Source: a virus
Taxonomy: Duplodnaviria > Caudoviricetes
Length of the DNA stretch: 37,840 bases
IMG/VR virus record: IMGVR_UViG_3300038406_000036
Span: 1-37,840 of that record
Reading direction: 5' to 3' (one strand)
Of this stretch, positions 1-8,174 are shown in pieces; the first letter of the stretch is position 1; every line of letters starts with the position of its first letter. The notes under the pieces were generated by a model, which searched no databases, was not told the DNA's origin, and saw only the letters and a program-made list of their open reading frames with translations. Made by a program: the position numbers and the translations under genes.

Positions 1-1
1 G

Positions 2-139
2 TGGAAAAAATGTTTAGCATTTTATCATGATGGTATGTGGTGGGCATTATGTTATAACGATTGGGAAGAATATTGGTATAACCAAGACGAGTTGAATTCC
101 GACTATAAACCACCCCTATACAAAGGGAAGTTTATGTAG
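2..139 (+). CDS. 3' end of a hypothetical protein (5'-truncated by window)
   Basis: Open frame WKKCLAFYHDGMWW...KGKFM ending in TAG at 137-139. Confidence 0.6.
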   Translation, partial: WKKCLAFYHDGMWWALCYNDWEEYWYNQDELNSDYKPPLYKGKFM

Positions 140-147
140 GGGATGAC

Positions 148-375
148 ATGACGATTTATCACATAGGGAGACAGTCTCTATCACCTAAGAAACGAAAAAG
201 AACAAAGCGTATGTCCTGCGGCAATAAACAGAAATTCAAAAGTAGAAAGGATGCGTTAAAACGAGTCAAATACATGAAGAAAGATTTAATAGCATGGGGA
301 CGTAGATTTAACGTATACGAATGCCCTTGGTGTACCAAAGAGGAAGAAAGGAAATCTCATGGGAACACCTCTTAA
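148..375 (+). CDS. small basic putative Zn-binding protein
   Basis: K/R-rich, SCGNK and YECPWC motifs; GGGG RBS upstream. Confidence 0.65.
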   Translation: MTIYHIGRQSLSPKKRKRTKRMSCGNKQKFKSRKDALKRVKYMKKDLIAWGRRFNVYECPWCTKEEERKSHGNTS

Positions 376-607
376 TACACTACAAGAATGTGTCGTAGAG
401 GCTCTAGAAGACACGGGTCTTTCTAAAGAAGTCGCGTTGGCTATTGTAGATGTCTATTGGAACGATAGAGCAATAGATATCAATGAAATACTAGAAACTG
501 TTGTTAGTAGCGTTACGAACACAATAGCGTGTCAATTGCTAGAGAGACGCGAAGCTCTCATGAAGTCAAACCCCCTTGACAACTCAACGAGGTCAGGAGT
601 AGCGTGA
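359..607 (+). CDS. hypothetical protein
   Basis: 82-aa ORF with AAGGA RBS, overlaps previous gene. Confidence 0.6.
   Translation: MGTPLNTLQECVVEALEDTGLSKEVALAIVDVYWNDRAIDINEILETVVSSVTNTIACQLLERREALMKSNPLDNSTRSGVA
576..605 (+). promoter_or_regulatory. sigma70/HrdB-type promoter
   Basis: TTGACA (576-581), 18-nt spacer, TAGCGT (600-605), just upstream of ORF 620. Confidence 0.5.
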
Positions 608-619
608 CTGATAGAGACT

Positions 620-937
620 ATGGATAATCATGTAGCACCACCTCTGGAATGGCATCCATATTATAGACATCTAACACATCTACTAGATTGGTTAAATGAA
701 GACGGATCTTTTGCTAAACATGATTCAATTCATGTTCCACATTTACGTTTTCACAGAATTCAAACTAACAAAGACGATAACGACAACTCTATAATTGAGA
801 CACTAACTCTAACTCGACGCAAAGCAGCTGGCTTAGCGCCTTACGTAGGAAAACCATTTATTTATGAATGGAATATAGGTATAGATAGGTATGGTAGACA
901 GATTGCAGGCGAATCTCACATTAAGTATATAGAGTAG
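620..937 (+). CDS. hypothetical protein
   Basis: 105-aa ORF co-oriented with neighbours. Confidence 0.65.
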   Translation: MDNHVAPPLEWHPYYRHLTHLLDWLNEDGSFAKHDSIHVPHLRFHRIQTNKDDNDNSIIETLTLTRRKAAGLAPYVGKPFIYEWNIGIDRYGRQIAGESHIKYIE

Positions 938-964
938 TCTGTCAATCCCAGCCACAAAATCCTG

Positions 965-994
965 TTGACAGCCCTACGTGGATGGAGGTACCAT
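965..994 (+). promoter_or_regulatory. sigma70/HrdB-type promoter
   Basis: TTGACA (965-970), 18-nt spacer, TACCAT (989-994). Confidence 0.55.
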
Positions 995-1218
995 GGTAGA
1001 TAGAGGTGAGGGACGGTCTAGGCTGTCCCTCCCAAGCCTCATTTCTAGCCGTGATACGGCGCTCTCCCTACTGATCTATAGGCTTGACGCGCGGTTGCGC
1101 GCCCTAGATCATTTCTCAGCTACTCTACTCACCTTAGGAGTAGTTTATCCATATAAGCTCGATCTCTTGAAGAAGAGATTAGAAAAAGTAAGAAATACTC
1201 TCATAGAAAGGCATTTAA

Positions 1219-1458
1219 ATGCCTAGTATCAGTACTTTTTCTTTTGCTGTTCAGATTAATAATTACGACGAATGGGAACCAGATTTTGCTGAGCAGGCAG
1301 AAGATGGTGACACAGACTCGTATGAAGACTATGCAACGCAAGAATTGGAAAGAGTTATGCACGACGCAGGCAGTGAGTTTGTGAAAGCAAATCCAACTGT
1401 ATTTGGTTCACATATTGCTTGTAGTGACGGTGCACTTTCACTTCCTGAAAACGACTAA
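1219..1458 (+). CDS. acidic hypothetical protein
   Basis: 79 aa, D/E-rich, GAAAGG RBS. Confidence 0.65.
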   Translation: MPSISTFSFAVQINNYDEWEPDFAEQAEDGDTDSYEDYATQELERVMHDAGSEFVKANPTVFGSHIACSDGALSLPEND

Positions 1459-1466
1459 GTAAACGA

Positions 1467-1982
1467 ATGGGCTGCGCGCTTTGCGGTAGAGGATTCCACA
1501 TAGAATGTAAAAAATGTAGACGAGATAAGTGTCACCCTGTAGCTACTCAATCTGCTAAAGAAATTTTAACAGGTAACGGTAGAGGTAGGCCGTTAAAAAA
1601 CATAGAAGACATGAAAGATCCACACTCTACTGGTAGAAAGCGCGCAGCTCATTTATATCCTCTGTTTAAAGACTCGTCATGCGAATGGTCTCTAAAAGAA
1701 AATTGTGGTGGTGGATCATATCCTATAATAGGATGTACTAATGGAAAACAAGAAGCTAGACATCATGGCCCCGTTAAAGATACTCGACGGAATGAACCTG
1801 GTAATGTCCATAGGATATGTGCATTATGTCATAATAGATGGCATACATTAAACGATGAAGAATACAGTGAAGAAGTATACAGTAAAACATCTCACCAACC
1901 TAGGGAGGTACAGGATGACATAACTTTAGCGTATGATATTCTGTGGAAGACTAAAAAGTTAATAAAAGCTACAGGAGACTAG
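1467..1982 (+). CDS. Zn-binding HNH endonuclease-like protein
   Basis: RHH...N...NVHRICALCHNRWH HNH-type motif; N-terminal Cys/His cluster. Confidence 0.65.
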   Translation: MGCALCGRGFHIECKKCRRDKCHPVATQSAKEILTGNGRGRPLKNIEDMKDPHSTGRKRAAHLYPLFKDSSCEWSLKENCGGGSYPIIGCTNGKQEARHHGPVKDTRRNEPGNVHRICALCHNRWHTLNDEEYSEEVYSKTSHQPREVQDDITLAYDILWKTKKLIKATGD

Positions 1983-2792
1983 ATGAAAGTAAGTTTTTCA
2001 GAAGTGTATGCTTGGCAAACATGTCAACAACAATTCTTCTATAAGCACAGTTTGAAGCTACAGCCTATCAGCACATCATCTGCTCTTAAAACAGGGATTG
2101 ATGGGCACACGCTGTTAAAGACTTTCTACACAGCTATACAAGATGGTCATAGTAAAAAAGAAGCACTAAGCAAAGTAACAGATCTATTCAACGGAAAATT
2201 AACACCTGAAACAGTAATAGCTTTTGGATTAGTAGAAAACTACATAGCTGATCTAGACCTTAAAGGGAAGGCTGTAATAGTTGATAGACCTAATTATGTG
2301 GAGTTTCCACATTTAGGTATAACAGTGGCCTTCACGCCTGATCTGCTATGGCACTATGCTTCTAAGAGATTAGATCTGGAAGATTACAAATTTGTTGGTA
2401 GACTTTGGTCTAAGCCTCAATTAGCCAGATATGTTCAGCTAGACCTATACAATGCTCTATTAAGAATACTAGGCTATAGGATAGGCTCGTCTAAACTTCG
2501 ATTCTTTAACACTACTACTAAAAAAGTATCACACAAAACATATGATCCTACACAAACTAGACTAGACAATATCATGAAAGAGTTCTTGGCTATAGCTTTA
2601 AAAATAGCGGAGTACAAATCTCTTTCTCTAGATGAGCAAAAAGAACAGACAGTACGAACGTTCAATTATACCACTTGCAGGTGGTGCAAATTCACTTTTC
2701 CCTGTGATCTAGAATTAGACGGGAAAGATGCTACTAAGACTTTATTAAACGAGTATGTAAGTAGTGATTACGGATATGACAATAGCGAATAA
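1983..2792 (+). CDS. PD-(D/E)xK RecB/Cas4-like exonuclease
   Basis: SFSE...C, G..GH, PDLLW, EDYK, QLDLY and C-terminal CRWC...C Fe-S ligands. Confidence 0.85.
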   Translation: MKVSFSEVYAWQTCQQQFFYKHSLKLQPISTSSALKTGIDGHTLLKTFYTAIQDGHSKKEALSKVTDLFNGKLTPETVIAFGLVENYIADLDLKGKAVIVDRPNYVEFPHLGITVAFTPDLLWHYASKRLDLEDYKFVGRLWSKPQLARYVQLDLYNALLRILGYRIGSSKLRFFNTTTKKVSHKTYDPTQTRLDNIMKEFLAIALKIAEYKSLSLDEQKEQTVRTFNYTTCRWCKFTFPCDLELDGKDATKTLLNEYVSSDYGYDNSE

Positions 2793-3213
2793 TGTTATCG
2801 GAATAACTGGAACTAGGCGAGGTATGAATGATAATCAAAGAGCAAGCTTTACGGCAAGAATATCCCAAGCAGATCTGAAATCCTTTCATCAAGGATGTTG
2901 TGTCGGCGTAGATTTTGAATCTTGTCAGATAGTAAGGCAAATACATAGAGACAGTGTAAGGATCTTCGGACATTTACCAGAGAATAAAGAACTACTAATG
3001 GATCCCTTATCTGTGTGTGATTTCTTATACCCCCCTGTATCGTACTATAAGAGAGATAGAAACATAGTAAGAAGAGTTAGTGTTCTTTATGTTATTCCTC
3101 TCAGTTTCGTACCAGAACCTAGAAGTGGAACTTGGTATACGATGAATTTTGCTAGAAAATTGAATAAACCTGTAGTTATATTTTGGCCTGATGGCACCAT
3201 TTCTTATACGTAA
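2776..3213 (+). CDS. SLOG superfamily (DprA/Smf-like) nucleotide-binding protein
   Basis: IGITGTR, HQGCCVGVD, RDRNIV and RSGTWYT motifs; ATG 2776 preferred over GTG 2764. Confidence 0.75.
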   Translation: MTIANNVIGITGTRRGMNDNQRASFTARISQADLKSFHQGCCVGVDFESCQIVRQIHRDSVRIFGHLPENKELLMDPLSVCDFLYPPVSYYKRDRNIVRRVSVLYVIPLSFVPEPRSGTWYTMNFARKLNKPVVIFWPDGTISYT

Positions 3214-3224
3214 ACTCATAGCCC

Positions 3225-3253
3225 TTGACATCCACTTATTTCTATGCTACACT
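3225..3253 (+). promoter_or_regulatory. strong sigma70-type promoter with extended -10
   Basis: TTGACA, 17-nt spacer ending TGC, TACACT; then AAGGAGG RBS of ORF 3269. Confidence 0.8.
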
Positions 3254-3268
3254 ATCTAAGGAGGCCAG

Positions 3269-4033
3269 ATGACAAACTATGCAATTGAATATTTAGATTT
3301 AGATAACCCAGATGTTTCCTTGCCTGTACACCGTGCTACTGTACTATATGGAACTACAGGTAAACGCAAAACTACTGGTGCTTGCGAAATGATATTAGAT
3401 AGAGGAATTCTTGTTTCTGCCGATAATTCATGGATAGTTTTACAAAAGAACGTTCATAAAGACCTAAGAAAGAAAGTCAAACTGGTAAAATACGAGGGAT
3501 TATCTCAATTAGAGTATTTGGATGTGTCTGGAGATGTTTATGACACGATCATTTTAGATACAACTACTGCCATGGTGGATTCTTATCTAGATATGTTATA
3601 CAAAGAAGCATCTTGGGGAGGTAAGTATAGAGAAACTATATCGAGTAAACACCCTGACCTAAGGGGACTATCCACTACAGCTCCTATAGACTATAAAGTA
3701 ACACGAGATATAGTGCGACCTATTGTACTTAGCTTAGTAAAAGCACCAGTGCACGTTATCTTTACAATGCATGTTAATCATCCATTAGCTTTATCAAAAA
3801 ATCCTAACCCTAAAGATTTAATGCTAAGACCTAGATTGCCAGAAGCGACATGGGGTGTTATAGCCGAACAATCTAATATTATAGGCTATATTGATGGAAC
3901 GGATAATGCAAAAGGATTTAAAATTAACATGGACGAGAAATCGTCTTTGTATGTAGGTAAAAGTCAAATCGAAGGTATCTCAGGCCAAATGGATCTTGAT
4001 AGATTCATTAGATCATACAAGGAGACACTCTAA
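3269..4033 (+). CDS. AAA_24/Sak4-like ssDNA-annealing ATPase
   Basis: Walker A-like YGTTGKRKTT, Walker B IILDT, HVIFTMH; lies between exonuclease and SSB. Confidence 0.75.
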   Translation: MTNYAIEYLDLDNPDVSLPVHRATVLYGTTGKRKTTGACEMILDRGILVSADNSWIVLQKNVHKDLRKKVKLVKYEGLSQLEYLDVSGDVYDTIILDTTTAMVDSYLDMLYKEASWGGKYRETISSKHPDLRGLSTTAPIDYKVTRDIVRPIVLSLVKAPVHVIFTMHVNHPLALSKNPNPKDLMLRPRLPEATWGVIAEQSNIIGYIDGTDNAKGFKINMDEKSSLYVGKSQIEGISGQMDLDRFIRSYKETL

Positions 4034-4500
4034 TGGGTATTTTTGGAAAACTCGATGCAGATAGAATTCCCGACAATCCTTTCAAGATTGATGCAGGAGA
4101 GTACCGGGCGTTGATTACTGGAGCTTTTTTCCAGTATAATGAGAAACGTGATATGCACCAGTTCCTCATTGTTTACACAATAGACGATGAGACTTCGAAA
4201 TTCCATGGTAAGGAAGCCCGAGACTGGTTCAATTACTATCCTGACATGGACGAAGCAACTTACGAAATTCTTCCTCCTGCTGAACAGCGCAAATTTGACG
4301 AGGCTAGCAGTGCCATTAAACGACGCCTCTGTGGTGTGCCTAAGTTGAATCGCAAAGGTTTAGGAATTGATCCAGCAGACCTAACTCCAGACTGGAATCC
4401 AGGAGTTCTTCTTAATACTCCTGTTGATATCGGTATTGTAAACTCTGGTGACGATAACGAGTACACCAATGTTCAATGGGTTAGTGTGATCGAAGACTGA
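4033..4500 (+). CDS. ssDNA-binding protein (DUF669-like)
   Basis: AGEYRALITGA N-terminal strand, YTNV C-terminal motif; follows Sak4-like gene with TAATG coupling. Confidence 0.65.
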   Translation: MGIFGKLDADRIPDNPFKIDAGEYRALITGAFFQYNEKRDMHQFLIVYTIDDETSKFHGKEARDWFNYYPDMDEATYEILPPAEQRKFDEASSAIKRRLCGVPKLNRKGLGIDPADLTPDWNPGVLLNTPVDIGIVNSGDDNEYTNVQWVSVIED

Positions 4501-4508
4501 TAGTACAA

Positions 4509-4541
4509 AATAATACGCAGTTAAGATAACTGCGTATTATT
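4509..4541. repeat. perfect 15-bp inverted repeat abutting the tRNA 5' end
   Basis: AATAATACGCAGTTA-aga-TAACTGCGTATTATT. Confidence 0.85.
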
Positions 4542-4615
4542 GGGACAATAGCTCAGCTGGTTAGAGCAGTCGACTCATAATCGATCGGTCGGGGGTTCAA
4601 GTCCCTCTTGTCCCA
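4542..4615 (+). tRNA. tRNA with CAU anticodon, most likely tRNA-Ile2 (alternatively Met); CCA not encoded
   Basis: GGGACAA/TTGTCCC acceptor stem, TAGCTCAGCTGGTTAGAGC D arm, GTCGA-CTCATAA-TCGAT anticodon arm, GGTTCAAGTCC T arm; arm sequence resembles Ile2 tRNAs. Confidence 0.92.
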
Positions 4616-4617
4616 CT

Positions 4618-4659
4618 GGAGGAGTGTCGTTACGGACGCTCGGCACTCCTCCTCTTTTT
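4618..4659 (+). terminator. intrinsic terminator after tRNA
   Basis: GGAGGAGTGTCG...CGGCACTCCTCC stem followed by TCTTTTT. Confidence 0.7.
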
Positions 4660-4692
4660 AGAAAACCATTAGACAGAGAGAAAGAGTGCTTA

Positions 4693-5001
4693 ATGCTAAA
4701 ATTGGATTTGGATGAAGTTAATAAACTGAAAGATTTTAAATTCAGTTTATCTGATCGTGACTGTGGCGAAGTCCACTTGATATTGTATCATTCTTATTGT
4801 CAAAAAACAGAATTTGGCAGTTTTACTGGAGTTGTAAGTATTTTAGAAGCTCTATTAATGATGAATAAGCACAAGTGCCCTCCTGTACTTTATGCTGACA
4901 CCAAAGATGAGATTTTAAATAAAGTGTATGAATGTTACGATTGGGATGGCACTCTCAACAAAGAACGATTTAAAATACTAAGTCACGATTCACTAACATA
5001 G
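4693..5001 (+). CDS. hypothetical protein
   Basis: ORF 4624-5001; GTG 4624 lies inside the terminator so ATG 4693 is preferred. Confidence 0.55.
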   Translation: MLKLDLDEVNKLKDFKFSLSDRDCGEVHLILYHSYCQKTEFGSFTGVVSILEALLMMNKHKCPPVLYADTKDEILNKVYECYDWDGTLNKERFKILSHDSLT

Positions 5002-5012
5002 AAAGAGACGCT

Positions 5013-5270
5013 ATGCTTAAATACACAGATCACGAATTAATTTCCATGACTCAACAATACACTCAAACACGTGAAGGTGATTTCATTTGTCATTTAGCTT
5101 TCAAAACCATAAATGAACAAGTTAGAAATGGACGTGATTGGGCTAAGTGTATGGAATGTGGAAAGCCTTATCCCTTAGATAGAGAAGGCGCAACTCTCAG
5201 TTTTTGTTCTACATCGTGTGAGAATAGCTACGCTAGCTACCTTGAGGGAAGTGTCGCTCTAGATATGTAG
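5013..5270 (+). CDS. small Zn-finger protein
   Basis: CMECGKPY...FCSTSC motif. Confidence 0.6.
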   Translation: MLKYTDHELISMTQQYTQTREGDFICHLAFKTINEQVRNGRDWAKCMECGKPYPLDREGATLSFCSTSCENSYASYLEGSVALDM

Positions 5271-5278
5271 GGGGTGAA

Positions 5279-7033
5279 TTGACTAATGATGCTTCTGTAA
5301 TGGGTATAGATGCCTTTGTAGAAGAGCTATTTGGTGCCGCTGAGGGTATTGTATACACCCCTTACAGATTTGGCAAGAGATTTTATCAACAATTCTATGA
5401 CTGGCCAAATGAAAAGGATAAATTACTAGAACATTTGCATAACTATAAGGACAGAGAGATTTATATTTCTCCGTCCTTATTTTCCAAGAGGGTAATCAAT
5501 CCAGACACTTTCAAAGGTACTAATGTACTTTGGACAGAATTTGATGGCACTTTACCTCCTCAAGATAAAATCTTAGTACCTCCGTCAATACGAATTCAAT
5601 CTAGTTTTCATGGACATGAGCATTGGTACTGGCGGTTAAATGAATTTGTAACAGATCATAATCGAATTATAGATCTGACTAAACGACTAGCGTATTTTCT
5701 TGAAGCTGACTTGTCTGTATGGGACTATGCTTGTGTATTAAGACCTCCAGGTACACGTAATCAAAAGCGTAGTATGCCTGTAAAGACATTAGAATGTAAT
5801 GATACTATATATGAGCTAGAAGCTTTCGGAGGATTTCCATTAGCGCCTAATCGTATAGATATATCTATTAATAAAACTACATTGCCTCAGCTACAGGAGC
5901 TAATAGCAAAATACCCATGGAAAGGAGATGCCTATGAATTGATTACAAAAAAGGTAGAACATCCTCATCGCTCAGAGGCATTAGCTAGATTAGCCTTTGA
6001 ATGTGCAGAGATGGGTATGGCTAATGCTGAAATCTTTGTTATTCTAAAGGACGCTGCTAATAGATGGGGAAAATTTAACAACAGAACAGATAAAGATAGG
6101 CGTATTGAAGGGCTTATAAGCTATACTAGAAGTAAAAAGGCTGCCCAAGCTGAAATAGTTGACACAGAGACTGTCATTTACAGAATGAGAGACTTTCTTA
6201 ATACTAAGATTAATCTTAAATGGGTAGTAACTAACTTGATCCCTGTAGCTGGATCTTCTGTTGTGTTTGGGCCATCAACAGTAGGTAAAAGTACATTTGC
6301 TCTACGACTTGGAATCGCAATAGCTACAGGGGAAAAACAGTTTCTCGAATGGCCAATCGAACGCACGCAAAAAGTGCTATTTACATCATTAGAAATGCCG
6401 CATGACGAACTCAACTACTTTATTAAACAGATGCAACTCACTGATGAACAGATAGATCTATTACAAGAGAATTTCTTTGTGTGGCCTATAGGACATCCGT
6501 ATCCGTTTGATACTAGAGATCAACAGAGTGAAGTATTAAAATACATAGACCAATTTAAAATAGATTTTGCTATTATTGACTCATTAGGAGAAGCATCGTA
6601 CGGCTCAATTAAAAGTACAGATGATATGAAACGACTATATTCATTTATGAATGAGGATTTGCGAAAGGATCGAAAATGTGGCTATATGTTTGTTCACCAC
6701 CCTAGAAAACCCGGAGTTGGCGAGAAAAACACTGATGACTTCAATGAGGCTTATGGTGATAGCTATATTATCAACAGAGCTCAGACTGTTATTGTTCTAA
6801 GTCCTCTCAGTGGAAACAGAATTAAGGTGAGTATCCCTAAATCCAGACTAGCTCTGGATCAGAAGTCATTTCAAGTTGTCAGGAAACCAGACAGGAGTTT
6901 TGAGCGTGTTAGTACTGACAGAGGGAAGCCCACCGCGCAGCAAGAGAGACATGATGAGCTTCTTAGAGATAGTCCAGGGATCCTCTCATTCGGAAAATCA
7001 TCTAGCGCACGTAGCAGTGGACACGGAAAGTGA
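5279..7033 (+). CDS. RepB-type primase fused to AAA_25/SF4-like helicase
   Basis: LWTEFDG, QSSFHGHEHWYW and VLRPPGT primase motifs; GPSTVGKST Walker A, IIDS Walker B, HHPRK. Confidence 0.88.
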   Translation: MTNDASVMGIDAFVEELFGAAEGIVYTPYRFGKRFYQQFYDWPNEKDKLLEHLHNYKDREIYISPSLFSKRVINPDTFKGTNVLWTEFDGTLPPQDKILVPPSIRIQSSFHGHEHWYWRLNEFVTDHNRIIDLTKRLAYFLEADLSVWDYACVLRPPGTRNQKRSMPVKTLECNDTIYELEAFGGFPLAPNRIDISINKTTLPQLQELIAKYPWKGDAYELITKKVEHPHRSEALARLAFECAEMGMANAEIFVILKDAANRWGKFNNRTDKDRRIEGLISYTRSKKAAQAEIVDTETVIYRMRDFLNTKINLKWVVTNLIPVAGSSVVFGPSTVGKSTFALRLGIAIATGEKQFLEWPIERTQKVLFTSLEMPHDELNYFIKQMQLTDEQIDLLQENFFVWPIGHPYPFDTRDQQSEVLKYIDQFKIDFAIIDSLGEASYGSIKSTDDMKRLYSFMNEDLRKDRKCGYMFVHHPRKPGVGEKNTDDFNEAYGDSYIINRAQTVIVLSPLSGNRIKVSIPKSRLALDQKSFQVVRKPDRSFERVSTDRGKPTAQQERHDELLRDSPGILSFGKSSSARSSGHGK

Positions 7034-7517
7034 CCATGAAATAGACCTATTTTTAGGTTTATCACTGGCTGTAGCTGGTTACGGGATGTACTTTCCTATA
7101 GGTCATTTAGAAGAAGATGTTAACATAGATGATGAAGTGTATGAATGTGCCATAGACACTATTAAAAATCATAGATTAAGAGTTTTTCAAAATGCTGGAT
7201 ATGACCTAATGGTATTTGAAAAATTAGGTGTGAAATTAGATGGACCGTTTGCTTGTACTATGATAATGGCACACATGGTAGATGAGAATTTACCTTCTAA
7301 AAGTTTAGACTCATTACATAAAGTTTTTGTTCCTAATGGCGTAGGTAAAATAAGACATCCACTGATGCAGCACATCATAGATACTATGGGCTGGAGGTAC
7401 GTCCCTGTGTATTTGATGAATGAGTACGGAACTCAGGATGCGGTAGCCACATCAGAATTATTTATGGTTCTCGCTCCCTTATTTGAAGCGCAATTTGGAG
7501 AGATGTTCAGTGGTTGA
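6906..7517 (+). CDS. 3'-5' exonuclease domain of family A DNA polymerase (N-terminal half of split pol)
   Basis: ExoI VAVDTE, YFPIGH, ExoII FQNAGYD, TMIMAHMVDE..SLDSL, ExoIII YGTQD; AGGAG RBS 8 nt before GTG 6906 (ATG 6951 is an alternative). Confidence 0.88.
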   Translation: MLVLTEGSPPRSKRDMMSFLEIVQGSSHSENHLAHVAVDTESDHEIDLFLGLSLAVAGYGMYFPIGHLEEDVNIDDEVYECAIDTIKNHRLRVFQNAGYDLMVFEKLGVKLDGPFACTMIMAHMVDENLPSKSLDSLHKVFVPNGVGKIRHPLMQHIIDTMGWRYVPVYLMNEYGTQDAVATSELFMVLAPLFEAQFGEMFSG

Positions 7518-7695
7518 CGTCGTAAATACACCACATGTGAAAGTACTCACTGTAATAATGTGTGTACATTGTAAACAGTTCTATGCCGGGACAGATGAAT
7601 CTGGTAAACAGGAAATGCTACGACATTTAAGACTAGCACATGAGGTTAACTCTAGTTCAGAAAGTGTCATAGCAGAACTAGAAGGTATCCCGTGA
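7510..7695 (+). CDS. C2H2-type Zn-finger protein
   Basis: CVHC...MLRHLRLAH; GGAGAG RBS before GTG 7510. Confidence 0.6.
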   Translation: MVDVVNTPHVKVLTVIMCVHCKQFYAGTDESGKQEMLRHLRLAHEVNSSSESVIAELEGIP

Positions 7696-8174
7696 TCCAG
7701 TATACACTACGTATACACTGTGAATGTTCTTTTGTGTATCCCCTTGACGATATACAAATGCATTTAAGAGATAAACATAATATTCATACTGATATATGGG
7801 AAGAAATAAAAGGATTAGAGATTTTTACTAATATTAAGAGAGAGTTTACTGATGCAGAAAGAAGACCTGGCATGAATGTATATTGGCTTCATAAAAAATT
7901 GATTGAGCTAGAAAGTGAGGCTAACTTTTGGATTGAGAGCATGGGTGCAATAAGTGAAGCTATAGAAATTAGAGAAAATAAGCTATGTAGAAATCTGAAT
8001 ACCTTACCTGAGAACATAAAGGCGGCTAAGAAGGTAAATACTGATTATCAGAATGCTGTGTCTAAGTACGAATTTGTACAGAAGGAGACATTGCGACTTA
8101 ATGCTCTGCTTCAAGCAGAAATATCTTATCAGTATCACACTTTGAATACAGCGATAAAGGGAAGCGTTCTATAA
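7692..8174 (+). CDS. hypothetical protein with N-terminal Zn finger and coiled coil
   Basis: CEC...HLRDKH; GTGA overlap with upstream gene. Confidence 0.6.
   Translation: MIQYTLRIHCECSFVYPLDDIQMHLRDKHNIHTDIWEEIKGLEIFTNIKREFTDAERRPGMNVYWLHKKLIELESEANFWIESMGAISEAIEIRENKLCRNLNTLPENIKAAKKVNTDYQNAVSKYEFVQKETLRLNALLQAEISYQYHTLNTAIKGSVL

Noticed and set aside
978-1226. 82-aa ORF
   Set aside because: Its start lies within a predicted promoter, it overlaps multiple hairpins and it has no recognisable motif; not called as CDS
1983-2792. Cas4-like nuclease as part of a CRISPR system
   Set aside because: No other cas genes or repeat-spacer array; typical phage recombination context
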